Below the pieces are notes generated by a model. It made no database searches. It was not told the DNA's origin and worked only from the letters and a program-made list of their open reading frames with translations. Below are positions 28,844 through 37,735 of a stretch of 63,228 nt of DNA, piece after piece. Made by a program: the position numbers and the translations under genes. This DNA is from Bacteroidota bacterium (GTDB taxonomy: Bacteria; Bacteroidota; Bacteroidia; UBA8524): contig JAKFCJ010000183.1 of the NCBI GenBank assembly GCA_036676705.1, forward strand, positions 1 through 63,228, in the 5' to 3' direction. Position 1 is the first letter of the stretch. Each line of letters starts with the position of its first letter.

Positions 28844-31800
28844 ATGAAGAAAATTCTCCTTCCCCTGTGGGTTTTTTGTTTCTCCCTGGGCCTTATGGCC
28901 CAGGATGAATCCCGCCCTGTTTTTTCCGAAAACGAACTCTATATTGGCCTCACGAAAGAGGCTGCCGTGGCCATTGTCGCGGAGGGCGGAGCGGTAAACC
29001 GACAGGCGTTCCTCAACCAATTTTCAAAAATTATTTCGGATGAACAATTGGGGGAACTGGAAGCTCCTTTCTATTCGGCGAAAGGACGGGATCTGCAATG
29101 GGTGCTCCGGGTATCTTTCCCGGCTAATGACAAGCTGGATCAACTTGCCAAAGCATTCGATGAACATCCTGCTACCGTTTATGCAGAGCGTGTTCCCATC
29201 CATTATCTATCCTATACGCCGAATGACCTTGGCCCGAACAGTAACAACGAGCAGTGGCATCTCTATAAGATCAACGCGCAGGCGGCCTGGGAATTCAGCC
29301 AGGGAAATAAACTGGTGAAAGTGGCTATTGTTGATGATGCCGTGCAGATCAACCATCCTGACCTGGTCAATAATATCTGGGTAAACTCCGGAGAAATCCC
29401 GAACAACGGAGTGGATGATGATCAAAACGGGTATGTGGATGATGTGAATGGGTATGATGTAGGCGGACTGGACAATAATCCCATGCCGAACAACAACAAT
29501 TTTACCCATGGAACCCATACTGCTGGGATCGCCGGTTCGACCACCGATAACAATACCGGAGTTGCATCGATCGGATTTAATATCAGCATCGTTCCTGTTA
29601 AATGTACCACCACCGGTCAAACAAATACTTCTTCTATTCCAAAAGGATATGAAGGTATCGCCTACGCTGTCGCGGCGGGAGCAGATATAATTTCCTGTTC
29701 CTGGGGAAGCAGTTGGGGAGGAACCACCGGCGAACAGGTGATTGACTATGCCCTGGATAATGATGCCCTTGTGGTTGCAGCGATGGGTAATGACTATTCT
29801 GAGATGCAACAATACCCTGCCAGTTATAGTGGGGTTATATCGGTAGCGGCAACAGCCAATAATGACACACGTGCTACCTATTCCAACTACCACAGCACAA
29901 CCGTGATCAGTGCTCCGGGTAACTATATCAACAGTACCGTTACCAACAATTCCTATGGTTCCCAATCCGGAACCTCCATGGCTACTCCGCTGGTTGCCGG
30001 ATTGTTGGGACTGATGAAGGGGCATATGTATGGCATTGAAGTAAGCGACCTGAAAAACTGCCTGATCAGTACAACCGACAATATTGACGCTCAAAATCCG
30101 AATTATATAGGTAAGCTCGGCTCCGGGCGTATCAATGCGGAAAAGGCGCTGCAATGTGTGGATGATCTTAAAAATGTACCACCCGATATTCAGTTTACCT
30201 TAACCGAATCGATCTTTTGTCCCGGTTCATTGGTCCGTTTCTCTGCAGGTTCGAATAAAGGCATCATTGACAGTTTTTATTGGGAATTCCCGGGTGGAGT
30301 TCCTACTTTCAGTACCGAAGCAGAACCTGAAGTTTTGTTCAATGGAAATGGAGCCCGTTCTTTTTATCTGACAGCGATCAATCAATACGGACAAGACAAG
30401 GATAGTGTTATTAATGGAATCACTTTTTCAGATATGGGTAAGGCACGCGCCCTCTCAACCGGTTTCGAAACCGGATTGTCAGGCTCGATCTGGACCGTAT
30501 CGAATCAAAACGGAGCCTTTGGCTGGCAGGATTATGACATAATCAATGGCAACGACACGAACAGAGCCGTAAAATTGAATGCCTATGGTTCAGGCTTAAA
30601 CAATCTGGTAAGCACCTTAACCAGTGCAGCCCTTGATTTTAGTGATTATGGTAATGCTGTCCTGACCTTTGATTTTGCCTATGCACGGCGTTCTTCAAGT
30701 GCGCTGGATTCATTAATTATTGAAGTTTCCACGGACGGTGGGGCAAACTACGACCAGGTTTATAAAGAAGGATTGAGTTCTGCCTTGTTCGTATCCGGAA
30801 CCAGCAGTACTGCTTTTGTTCCCGTTAGTGAAGCACAATGGTGTAATAAGCAGGGCTTATGCCTGGATATCCCCTTAAAAAAATACAACCGGGCGCCTTC
30901 CGTTATCCTGCGTATCGTGCATAAAGGGATGAGCAATGGCAACAACCTGTATATCGATAATATCCTGGTAGACGGGAATTGCGCTGCCTTTAATACAAAC
31001 GGGGCTTTGGCTTCGAGCAATACCGCCACTGTTAACGCCTGTGGACCGGTAACGGTTGATTTTGAAGATAATTCGCAGAATTTTCCGGTTAACTATCACT
31101 GGTATTTCCCGGGTGGTATACCTTCCGAATCATTTAATCCCAATGAGCAGGTTACTTATGACTCCGTGGGTAACTATGATGTTATCCTGGTGGTGGAGAA
31201 CGAGTTTGGAAAAGATTCGCTGTACTGGACAAACAAAGTCAATATAAACGGACTTCCTGACGTGAAGGTCTCCGCTTCGGATACCCTTATTTGTAAAGGA
31301 GAAAGCCTGACATTAACCGGAGACGGTGCGAATACCTATACCTGGTCGCCTCTTGTTGCAATAAGTTCTACAACAGGAAAGACGATCACGGCCAGTCCGA
31401 GTTTAAACCAAACCTATACGGTTGAAGGAAAAGATGCCATTGGCTGCACCAATACAGCGAATATTTCCATCTATGTACTCGACGCTCCTGTTGCTCCATT
31501 GATCTTCAAAAGCGGATCGCGCTTGTACATTGCGATGCAGACCGGGGTGAAATACCAATGGTACCTGAACGGAACACCTATAGCCGGAGACACAAGTTTT
31601 GAGATCACCGCGATCACCTCGGGAACCTATGAGGTTATGTTGACAAATCCGGTTACGGGTTGTGCAACCTGGGGCCGCGAGTCGGTAGTTGTGGTATTTA
31701 CAGATCTCAATAAACCTGAAAAAGGAGGATATACCCTGTATCCGAACCCGGCCAACAAGCAACTAAGTTTGACCGCAAACGCTCCGATCGGAGAATACAA

Positions 31801-31954
31801 AGTATATAGCAGCGAAGGTAAATTGGTCCTGCAGGCTTTTGAAGGAACTGCGTATCTGCTGCTTGATGTGAGCCGCTGGGCCCCCGGAATTTATAGCATT
31901 CAATGGGAAGGTGAGGCCCAATCATACAGGGATCGTTTCGTTGTTCAACACTAA
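28844..31954 (+). CDS. S8 subtilase with PKD domains and a T9SS type A C-terminal domain
   Basis: Triad motifs VAIVDD, HGTHTAG, SGTSMATP; W.FPGG.P PKD repeats; LYPNPA...YSSEGK CTD. Confidence 0.95.
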   Translation: MKKILLPLWVFCFSLGLMAQDESRPVFSENELYIGLTKEAAVAIVAEGGAVNRQAFLNQFSKIISDEQLGELEAPFYSAKGRDLQWVLRVSFPANDKLDQLAKAFDEHPATVYAERVPIHYLSYTPNDLGPNSNNEQWHLYKINAQAAWEFSQGNKLVKVAIVDDAVQINHPDLVNNIWVNSGEIPNNGVDDDQNGYVDDVNGYDVGGLDNNPMPNNNNFTHGTHTAGIAGSTTDNNTGVASIGFNISIVPVKCTTTGQTNTSSIPKGYEGIAYAVAAGADIISCSWGSSWGGTTGEQVIDYALDNDALVVAAMGNDYSEMQQYPASYSGVISVAATANNDTRATYSNYHSTTVISAPGNYINSTVTNNSYGSQSGTSMATPLVAGLLGLMKGHMYGIEVSDLKNCLISTTDNIDAQNPNYIGKLGSGRINAEKALQCVDDLKNVPPDIQFTLTESIFCPGSLVRFSAGSNKGIIDSFYWEFPGGVPTFSTEAEPEVLFNGNGARSFYLTAINQYGQDKDSVINGITFSDMGKARALSTGFETGLSGSIWTVSNQNGAFGWQDYDIINGNDTNRAVKLNAYGSGLNNLVSTLTSAALDFSDYGNAVLTFDFAYARRSSSALDSLIIEVSTDGGANYDQVYKEGLSSALFVSGTSSTAFVPVSEAQWCNKQGLCLDIPLKKYNRAPSVILRIVHKGMSNGNNLYIDNILVDGNCAAFNTNGALASSNTATVNACGPVTVDFEDNSQNFPVNYHWYFPGGIPSESFNPNEQVTYDSVGNYDVILVVENEFGKDSLYWTNKVNINGLPDVKVSASDTLICKGESLTLTGDGANTYTWSPLVAISSTTGKTITASPSLNQTYTVEGKDAIGCTNTANISIYVLDAPVAPLIFKSGSRLYIAMQTGVKYQWYLNGTPIAGDTSFEITAITSGTYEVMLTNPVTGCATWGRESVVVVFTDLNKPEKGGYTLYPNPANKQLSLTANAPIGEYKVYSSEGKLVLQAFEGTAYLLLDVSRWAPGIYSIQWEGEAQSYRDRFVVQH

Positions 31955-31980
31955 AAAAGAGGCGGCTTAGGTCGCCTTTT
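31953..31980 (+). terminator. Intrinsic terminator after the protease
   Basis: AGGCGGC-TTAG-GTCGCCT followed by a T-run. Confidence 0.65.
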
Positions 31981-32000
31981 ACTTTTATCAGGCTGGGGGT

Positions 32001-33119
32001 ATGAACAGAAGTATGGTATACCGTTTCAGTTGGAAGGCGCTTCTGTGTTCCCTGTTTGTGCTTTCTTTAGGGAATCCCCGTGTTTTTGCCCAGAATAGTG
32101 TGTATATGAGTCTTTATGAAAGTGGAGACACAAAACAGTGGGCCCTTGACGTGGCCAAACTGGATCCCGGTGCCTCTCTTTATATGATCGTATCCGACTC
32201 TTCTGATCCGGATCAGTGGCAGGAAGTGGGGGATAAAAGTCTGATCGGATTATTCGACTATGCCATGCCCCGTTTTACCCTGGAATACGACAGTTTTGAT
32301 TGTTTGCAACGAACCCTCCTTTCAGATCCTGATTCGACGCAGGACCATGTGCGCGGCACGGATGAAATAATGGGTATACCGGGGAGTCCGTTAAAAAGAG
32401 AGGTTGCGGCCCGTGGACAAAGCACCGACCTGGGCATCCGTTACCTTGCCGGACCGGAACTCCGGGCGTTTTCAGCCTGGCTGGGGGAGGATCAGTTTGT
32501 TGTTGAAATTCGTTTGAACGAGGATGCGATCAGAGGAAAACGGGTTTTGTTGTTTGACCACGATGTATCTTTCGTGCCTTATTGCTTCCGGCAAATAAAT
32601 AAAACAATGCTTCCTTTGAGTGTGCACCTGTTTTCGATGGATGAGAAGGGGCGGATCTTAGCACAAAATTGGAAGAAACAGCCCGGCAGGATCATGCTGC
32701 CTCCCGAAGTAATGCGACAACGCAGGGTATTCCAGGACACCCTTATGCGCAATTGGGAAGCAACACCCGAACCTGTCCTGGTTTATAGTTGGGATATCGG
32801 TTGGGAAGGCGGGGATAAATGCGCTCCCTGTGTTGCGCCCCCACCCGATTTTAGCCTCCTTCAAAGTTTAGGTATGGACAGTATGCCGGAGCATTTGTAT
32901 GTGAATTACAGTATTTTTTCTCCCGCATCACCCCGTGAATTGGTCCATGTACCCTTTGAAGCCTTTCAATGGTTATTTGAAATGCACGAGCCGGCCAAGG
33001 GCTTCCTTAATTGCGAAGAGGCAGTATTATACCGGGAAATGGTGCGCAAAAGGAAAGAACAGGAGCTTAAAAATTTACGGGATCTATTGGGCGACAAGGC
33101 GACCCGATTTATTTTTTGA
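32001..33119 (+). CDS. Exported protein, divergent DUF2330-like
   Basis: Signal peptide; YAMPRFTLEYDSFDC, YSWDI...KCAPC...PP and CEEAVLYR...EQELKNL resemble DUF2330 motifs. Confidence 0.55.
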   Translation: MNRSMVYRFSWKALLCSLFVLSLGNPRVFAQNSVYMSLYESGDTKQWALDVAKLDPGASLYMIVSDSSDPDQWQEVGDKSLIGLFDYAMPRFTLEYDSFDCLQRTLLSDPDSTQDHVRGTDEIMGIPGSPLKREVAARGQSTDLGIRYLAGPELRAFSAWLGEDQFVVEIRLNEDAIRGKRVLLFDHDVSFVPYCFRQINKTMLPLSVHLFSMDEKGRILAQNWKKQPGRIMLPPEVMRQRRVFQDTLMRNWEATPEPVLVYSWDIGWEGGDKCAPCVAPPPDFSLLQSLGMDSMPEHLYVNYSIFSPASPRELVHVPFEAFQWLFEMHEPAKGFLNCEEAVLYREMVRKRKEQELKNLRDLLGDKATRFIF

Positions 33120-33357
33120 AAAAAATTAGTCATTCAGGCAACATTTTTACTTTGCTTGTACTCTACCCTTCAAACACATGAATATGGATGAAATAATTCC
33201 GTGATGTGGTCTTAATGCATTAATTACCAAGATTTTACTGACGCTTCATTTAAGCGGAGGAAAGCAAAAAATTGCTCTTGCTCTGGCTGGTGGTCCCTTT
33301 ATGCCTAAACCCTGTTATCGTATGAAAAGGAAGGAACGTACATCAAAGAGACCCCGG

Positions 33358-33393
33358 CCGGAGAGAGCTGTTTTTCCGGAGAGAGCTGTTTTT
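33358..33393 (+). repeat. Perfect 18-bp tandem duplication
   Basis: CCGGAGAGAGCTGTTTTT twice. Confidence 0.9.
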
Positions 33394-34666
33394 ATTTCAC
33401 ATGAAAGCGGGTGTAGGCTTCTTTTTCGATGGCCTCCCGATGATCAGGGTGGGCAATGCCGATAAGCGCTTTTGCACGCTGCTCCATATTGAGTCCGACA
33501 ACATTTACTGCCCCATATTCTGTAACCACCCAATGCGTATGTCCTCGGGTTGTTACCACTCCCGCTCCTTTTTTCAGAAAGGGGACTATTTTCGATTCGC
33601 CCCGGGAGGTTGTTGAAGGCAGGGCAATGATCGGCTTGCCTCCTTCGGAGAGGGCAGCCCCGCGGATAAAGTCCATCTGTCCGCCTATACCTGAATATTG
33701 ATAGGATCCCAATGAATCCGAACAAACCTGTCCGGTAATATCCACTTCAATGGCGCTATTGATGGCGGTTACTTTGTGGTTAAGGGAGATGACACGTGGA
33801 TCATTGACATAGGCCACATCCATAAAACGGAAGGTGGGATTATCGTCTATAAAATGATAGAGATCTGTGCTTCCCAGGGCGAAAGAGGCAACAGAGTAGC
33901 CCGGGATGATTTTTTTATGGGTGTTGTTGATGATGCCCGATTTGATCAGGGGAACAACCCCATCCGAGAACATTTCGGTATGGAGGCCGAGGTTTTTATG
34001 GGAAGTCAGGTTCTGAAGTACTGCATCCGGGATCGTTCCAATGCCTAATTGCAGGGTGGCGCCGTCCTCTACCAGTTCAGCCACCCTTTTCCCTATGGCT
34101 TCGTTCACCTCATTATTACCGGAGGCATAGCTGATAAACGGTAAAGGCTCATCCACCCAGCAGGCAGCAGTAAACGAGTCAAATCGAACGAAAGAATCCC
34201 CATGGGTCCGGGGTATATTCGGGTTGACCTGGGCGAGCACAATTTTGGCCTTTTCCATCGCTGCCCGGGCAACGTCTACAGAGGGTCCGAGGGAACAGTA
34301 GCCGTGCTGGTCCGGTGGGGAAACGTGTATAACAGCCACATCCAGTGGGAGGATATTTTTTCGGAATAAGCCGGGGATCTCGCTCAGGAATATCGGGATA
34401 TAATCGCCATGGTCGCTGTTAACAACACCGCGAACGGCATCCGATACAAAAAGGGAATTGATATAAAAATGGCCGGCAACATCCTCTTCATTGATCTTTA
34501 AACCTTGCAGTGTAATGCTGACCAGTTCAACATCTTTAAGACGGTTTTTTTGTTCGATGAGTTTATGGATGAGGTGCACGGGCGTAGCTGCGCTGCCATG
34601 GATAAATACGCGGTTTCCGGATTGAATATGGGAAATGACTTCTTCGGGGGATTGGTATTCGGGCAT
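33392..34666 (-). CDS. Acetyl-CoA hydrolase/transferase (4-hydroxybutyrate CoA-transferase-like)
   Basis: DGATLQLGIG, LGLHTEMFSDG, SGIGGQMDF, VVTEYG. Confidence 0.93.
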   Translation of the reverse strand: MPEYQSPEEVISHIQSGNRVFIHGSAATPVHLIHKLIEQKNRLKDVELVSITLQGLKINEEDVAGHFYINSLFVSDAVRGVVNSDHGDYIPIFLSEIPGLFRKNILPLDVAVIHVSPPDQHGYCSLGPSVDVARAAMEKAKIVLAQVNPNIPRTHGDSFVRFDSFTAACWVDEPLPFISYASGNNEVNEAIGKRVAELVEDGATLQLGIGTIPDAVLQNLTSHKNLGLHTEMFSDGVVPLIKSGIINNTHKKIIPGYSVASFALGSTDLYHFIDDNPTFRFMDVAYVNDPRVISLNHKVTAINSAIEVDITGQVCSDSLGSYQYSGIGGQMDFIRGAALSEGGKPIIALPSTTSRGESKIVPFLKKGAGVVTTRGHTHWVVTEYGAVNVVGLNMEQRAKALIGIAHPDHREAIEKEAYTRFHVK

Positions 34667-34733
34667 TTTTTTGGGCGTGAATCTTGAGACGAAATTAAGA
34701 TTATTTCCCGGAATGGGTGGTTATGGGTTAGGG

Positions 34734-34795
34734 CCCTTCGACACGGCGTGGGGTTTCTTCTATGTCTGATATAGCATTTGCCTGCTCAGGGTGAC
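34734..34795 (+). repeat. 62-bp dispersed element, copy A
   Basis: CCCTTCGAC-AC-GGCGTGGGG-N23-TTTGCC-T-GCTCAGGGTGAC; matches 62255-62316. Confidence 0.85.
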
Positions 34796-34799
34796 AGGT

Positions 34800-34859
34800 T
34801 ATGGGCATGGGGCATGGAGCAGGCGGCAGGGTGCAGGCGGCAAGGTACAGGCGGCAGGC
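34800..34859 (+). repeat. Compound 7-mer arrays (GCATGGR units, then GCAGGCG/GCAGGGT/ACAGGCG units)
   Basis: 34820-34838 is the exact reverse complement of 20936-20954. Confidence 0.8.
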
Positions 34860-35032
34860 ATTTCAGTAAAGGAAAAACCCCACAAGGATTTCGGAAGGGT
34901 GGCGATCCGTATGGAAATGAGGGTTCCCGGCCATTTCGTTCAAAGCGAAAATTAGGTATATTGCATAAACGTCCAGTTTATAGCCATTTTGGAGGAAAGT
35001 GAACGTGGGTATGGGTTGGGACAAAGAGTGAC

Positions 35033-35782
35033 ATGACACGAAACATATATTTGACATTGTTTGCAGCAACAAGTTTATTCATGGTTACTTCCTGTAATGG
35101 ACAAACTAAGGGTACAAATCAATTAGTAGACTCAAACGATATACAAATGGACGATTACGAACTATCACCAGAGACAGCTCATCCAAAAGCAAAGGAATTA
35201 ATGACCGAGGAATTTTTTTGGAGTCCGATTGAAGAATCGGGTCCTTTTGGAAGTGATGATGGCTCTGATGCCTTTTACGGGTTCCGGGAATGGAGACAGA
35301 GTAATAAAAATATTAGTCCTATTGTTTATTTAAAGCAACTGATGGAAGATTGGGGCTATCCCGGGTTTGACTGGAATGAACTGGACACGACAAAAATCAA
35401 CGAGTATCTTTCAACACAGCGTCAATCACAGATTTCAGAAGAAGACGTAGACATGGAGGCTATGCTTGAAATTTTCAATAGTGTAAGAGACAGTTCTAGT
35501 AAACAAATTGACGAGGCACAGATGAGAGAATTGATGTCAGCAGCCACTAGTGATATGGGCCGTACCTATTTATTAGGAATAGACAACGCAATTATTGCCG
35601 TGGGTTTTGGACAGTTTGTCTTGGAAGGAAAAATTGATGACGACATTAAGGCTTTAACCAGGATTGCAATAAACAGGGAGCTCCTTCCTATTCTTATTGA
35701 TAATTGGGATGCTAAGTATAAAGAAACCCGCATTAAGCAGTTGTCAAAAATGTTGGCGACAATTGACAGGATCAACGAATAA
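35033..35782 (+). CDS. AT-rich lipoprotein, YfeS-like
   Basis: Lipobox MVTSC; ETAHPKAKELMTEEFFWS...PFGSDDGSDA, IIAVGFGQFVLEGKID. Confidence 0.65.
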   Translation: MTRNIYLTLFAATSLFMVTSCNGQTKGTNQLVDSNDIQMDDYELSPETAHPKAKELMTEEFFWSPIEESGPFGSDDGSDAFYGFREWRQSNKNISPIVYLKQLMEDWGYPGFDWNELDTTKINEYLSTQRQSQISEEDVDMEAMLEIFNSVRDSSSKQIDEAQMRELMSAATSDMGRTYLLGIDNAIIAVGFGQFVLEGKIDDDIKALTRIAINRELLPILIDNWDAKYKETRIKQLSKMLATIDRINE

Positions 35783-35917
35783 GACGGAAGGTAGTAGGTG
35801 TAAATTGAGTGGGCTACAAGCTGCAGGCTGGGGTGAAGGCGACGGGCTGGTTTTGGGTCCTTGGAAAATTAAGTGTGTAGTCAAGGCGTGAGGATGTGGC
35901 TATCCTAAAGTTCCTTT

Positions 35918-35944
35918 CCTCCCCCTGCCCCCTCCGAAGGGGGA
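35918..35944. repeat. Single C/G palindrome related to the DUF559-adjacent doublet
   Basis: CCTCCCCCTG-CCCCCT-CCGA-AGGGGGA. Confidence 0.65.
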
Positions 35945-36004
35945 TTGCCTTGCTGTAACGGGATTTTTTAGTTCTAATCGACCCTATATTAAGTTCCTCA
36001 GACA

Positions 36005-36053
36005 CCATGCTCCATGCGCCACGCTGAAAACTGAACTCTGAAAACTGAAAACT
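36005..36053 (-). repeat. Compound 7-mer arrays behind the paaD stop codon
   Basis: CCATGCT CCATGCG CCACG, then CTGAAAA CTGAACT CTGAAAA CTGAAAA. Confidence 0.8.
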
Positions 36054-36056
36054 ATT

Positions 36057-36548
36057 TCACCCCACCGGCTTAAACTGCTCAAAAGCCTGCAAACAGTTAT
36101 CGCAATAATGCATGGAGCGGCAAAGGGTTGGTCCGAAAGGGGTGGTGAGGCGGGTGTTTTTGCTTTGGCAATACGGACACGCCACATCGGAAAGGACACT
36201 CAGTTCAATCAATCCTCCTGTATGTTCGGGCGGTGGTGCCAGGCCATGTTGGAGCAGGGCTTTTCGGCCTTTTTCGGTGATGCGGTCAGTGGTCCAGGCG
36301 GTGTCGAAATTGGTGCTTACCTTCACTTCTTTGATACCGATCGAAAGGACTTTTTCACGCACCATGTCTTCCATAACACGTAAAGCCGGACAACCGCTGA
36401 AGGTGGGTATCAGGGTGACTGTTGCGGTATTGTCGGCCTGATTGACCTGGACATGGGTGATGATACCCAGATCGACCATGGAAATGGTGGGGATCTCGGG
36501 GTCCATGACCTCTTCCAGGGCCTTCCATATTTGCTTTTCGTCTACCAT
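36057..36548 (-). CDS. paaD: Phenylacetyl-CoA epoxidase subunit PaaD
   Basis: DPEIPTISMVDLGI, PTFSGCPA, WTTDRI, CPYC...FGPTLCRS...CDNCLQAFEQFK. Confidence 0.93.
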   Translation of the reverse strand: MVDEKQIWKALEEVMDPEIPTISMVDLGIITHVQVNQADNTATVTLIPTFSGCPALRVMEDMVREKVLSIGIKEVKVSTNFDTAWTTDRITEKGRKALLQHGLAPPPEHTGGLIELSVLSDVACPYCQSKNTRLTTPFGPTLCRSMHYCDNCLQAFEQFKPVG

Positions 36549-37306
36549 TCGGCTCCCGGATCTACCCGGAATACTTCGGTCATTTCTTCCAGAAGGGGCT
36601 GCAGGTTTTCGGTATGTTTGCCTGTACGGCCTCCATACACGGGTTTCCAGGTGCTGCTGTCGGGAATAGTCAGTCCGGCTTCGGCGAGTATGGGTTCAAC
36701 AGCTTCCAGCCAGCGAAGTTTTAAATAGGCCTCTCCCTTCCAAATACCTTCATCGACGAGGGTGGATTCGTAGGGGGATTCTTCAAAAATACCCAGGGCG
36801 AGGTTCCAGCAGAAATTGAGGCTGTCCTGCATGCGTCTTTTGCTTTCTGCCGTTCCTTTTCCCAACTGCATCACAAAGGTGTCGCCATGGAACTTGTGGT
36901 ATTTTAATTCGCCTTTGAACTTGCGGGCGAGTTTCGCCAGGGGCTCATAAGAGGAATCCATCATCAGGTCATAACGCAACAGTTCCGCATTGTCGAAGAG
37001 GAAATGACGCATCAGTGAAAAGTCATATTCACCTATCGGGTATTCCACCAATTGGCAGTTATGGAACTGCTGTTGGTTCCGGGTAAAGGCTACCGTATCG
37101 GGTTCAGCCTCCCCGAGGTTGTTGAGCAATTGATATAGTGCCAGTGATTGACCGATCTTATCCTGTGCCATGGATGAAAAGGAAATATCCTCTTCGAGCA
37201 TAGGCCCGATCCCGGTCCATTCTGAGTTTCTGTGACCAAGGATAAGCAGGTCGTCGGCCATTTTATAAAGCAGTTCTTTGACTGCCCGGGTATACTTTTC
37301 GTTCAT
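36542..37306 (-). CDS. paaC: Phenylacetyl-CoA epoxidase subunit PaaC
   Basis: ADDLLILGHRNSEWTG.GP.LEEDI, ELKYH, GRTGKHTE. Confidence 0.95.
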   Translation of the reverse strand: MNEKYTRAVKELLYKMADDLLILGHRNSEWTGIGPMLEEDISFSSMAQDKIGQSLALYQLLNNLGEAEPDTVAFTRNQQQFHNCQLVEYPIGEYDFSLMRHFLFDNAELLRYDLMMDSSYEPLAKLARKFKGELKYHKFHGDTFVMQLGKGTAESKRRMQDSLNFCWNLALGIFEESPYESTLVDEGIWKGEAYLKLRWLEAVEPILAEAGLTIPDSSTWKPVYGGRTGKHTENLQPLLEEMTEVFRVDPGAEW

Positions 37307-37307
37307 T

Positions 37308-37685
37308 TTAAGATCCTTGTTTGGCTTTGTATGCGTTGATCCGGTCCATCACCTTGTAAGGTGCAGCTTCCCGGTATTGTTTATCGGGGGTGGTGCTGAA
37401 AATATCATCATCATCATAATCCGAAGCAAAAATATCCGTGGTACGTGCCACCCAAATATTGACACAAACCCCCCGACGACCGTATTGTTCCTTGCCAAAA
37501 AGCAGGGCCATTTCCGGATTCGGGGCGTGAACCGTTCCTACGTGCTGGTGATGGGTGCCTCTTTTTTTCTGGTGAAAAACTTCATAGGTTTCGAAGTGTT
37601 CCAATGGTTTTAGCTCTTGTTCCGTTCCCGGTTCATCGCTGATCTGGGCACGGGAAATACGTGGATCTAAAGATTTTATAATCAT
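37308..37685 (-). CDS. paaB: Phenylacetyl-CoA epoxidase subunit PaaB
   Basis: YEVF...HQHVGTVHAPNPEMAL...YGRR...IWV, DKQYR. Confidence 0.92.
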   Translation of the reverse strand: MIIKSLDPRISRAQISDEPGTEQELKPLEHFETYEVFHQKKRGTHHQHVGTVHAPNPEMALLFGKEQYGRRGVCVNIWVARTTDIFASDYDDDDIFSTTPDKQYREAAPYKVMDRINAYKAKQGS

Positions 37686-37735
37686 GGCAAGGAATAAACT
37701 AACGCAAGTTAGTTAAAAGTAGGAGTTTTTCAAAT

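Noticed and set aside
29207-30154. Long antisense ORFs (also 671-1051, 2459-3040, 15544-15945, 38993-39598)
   Set aside because: They are shadows of well-supported genes on the opposite strand and have no motifs of their own.
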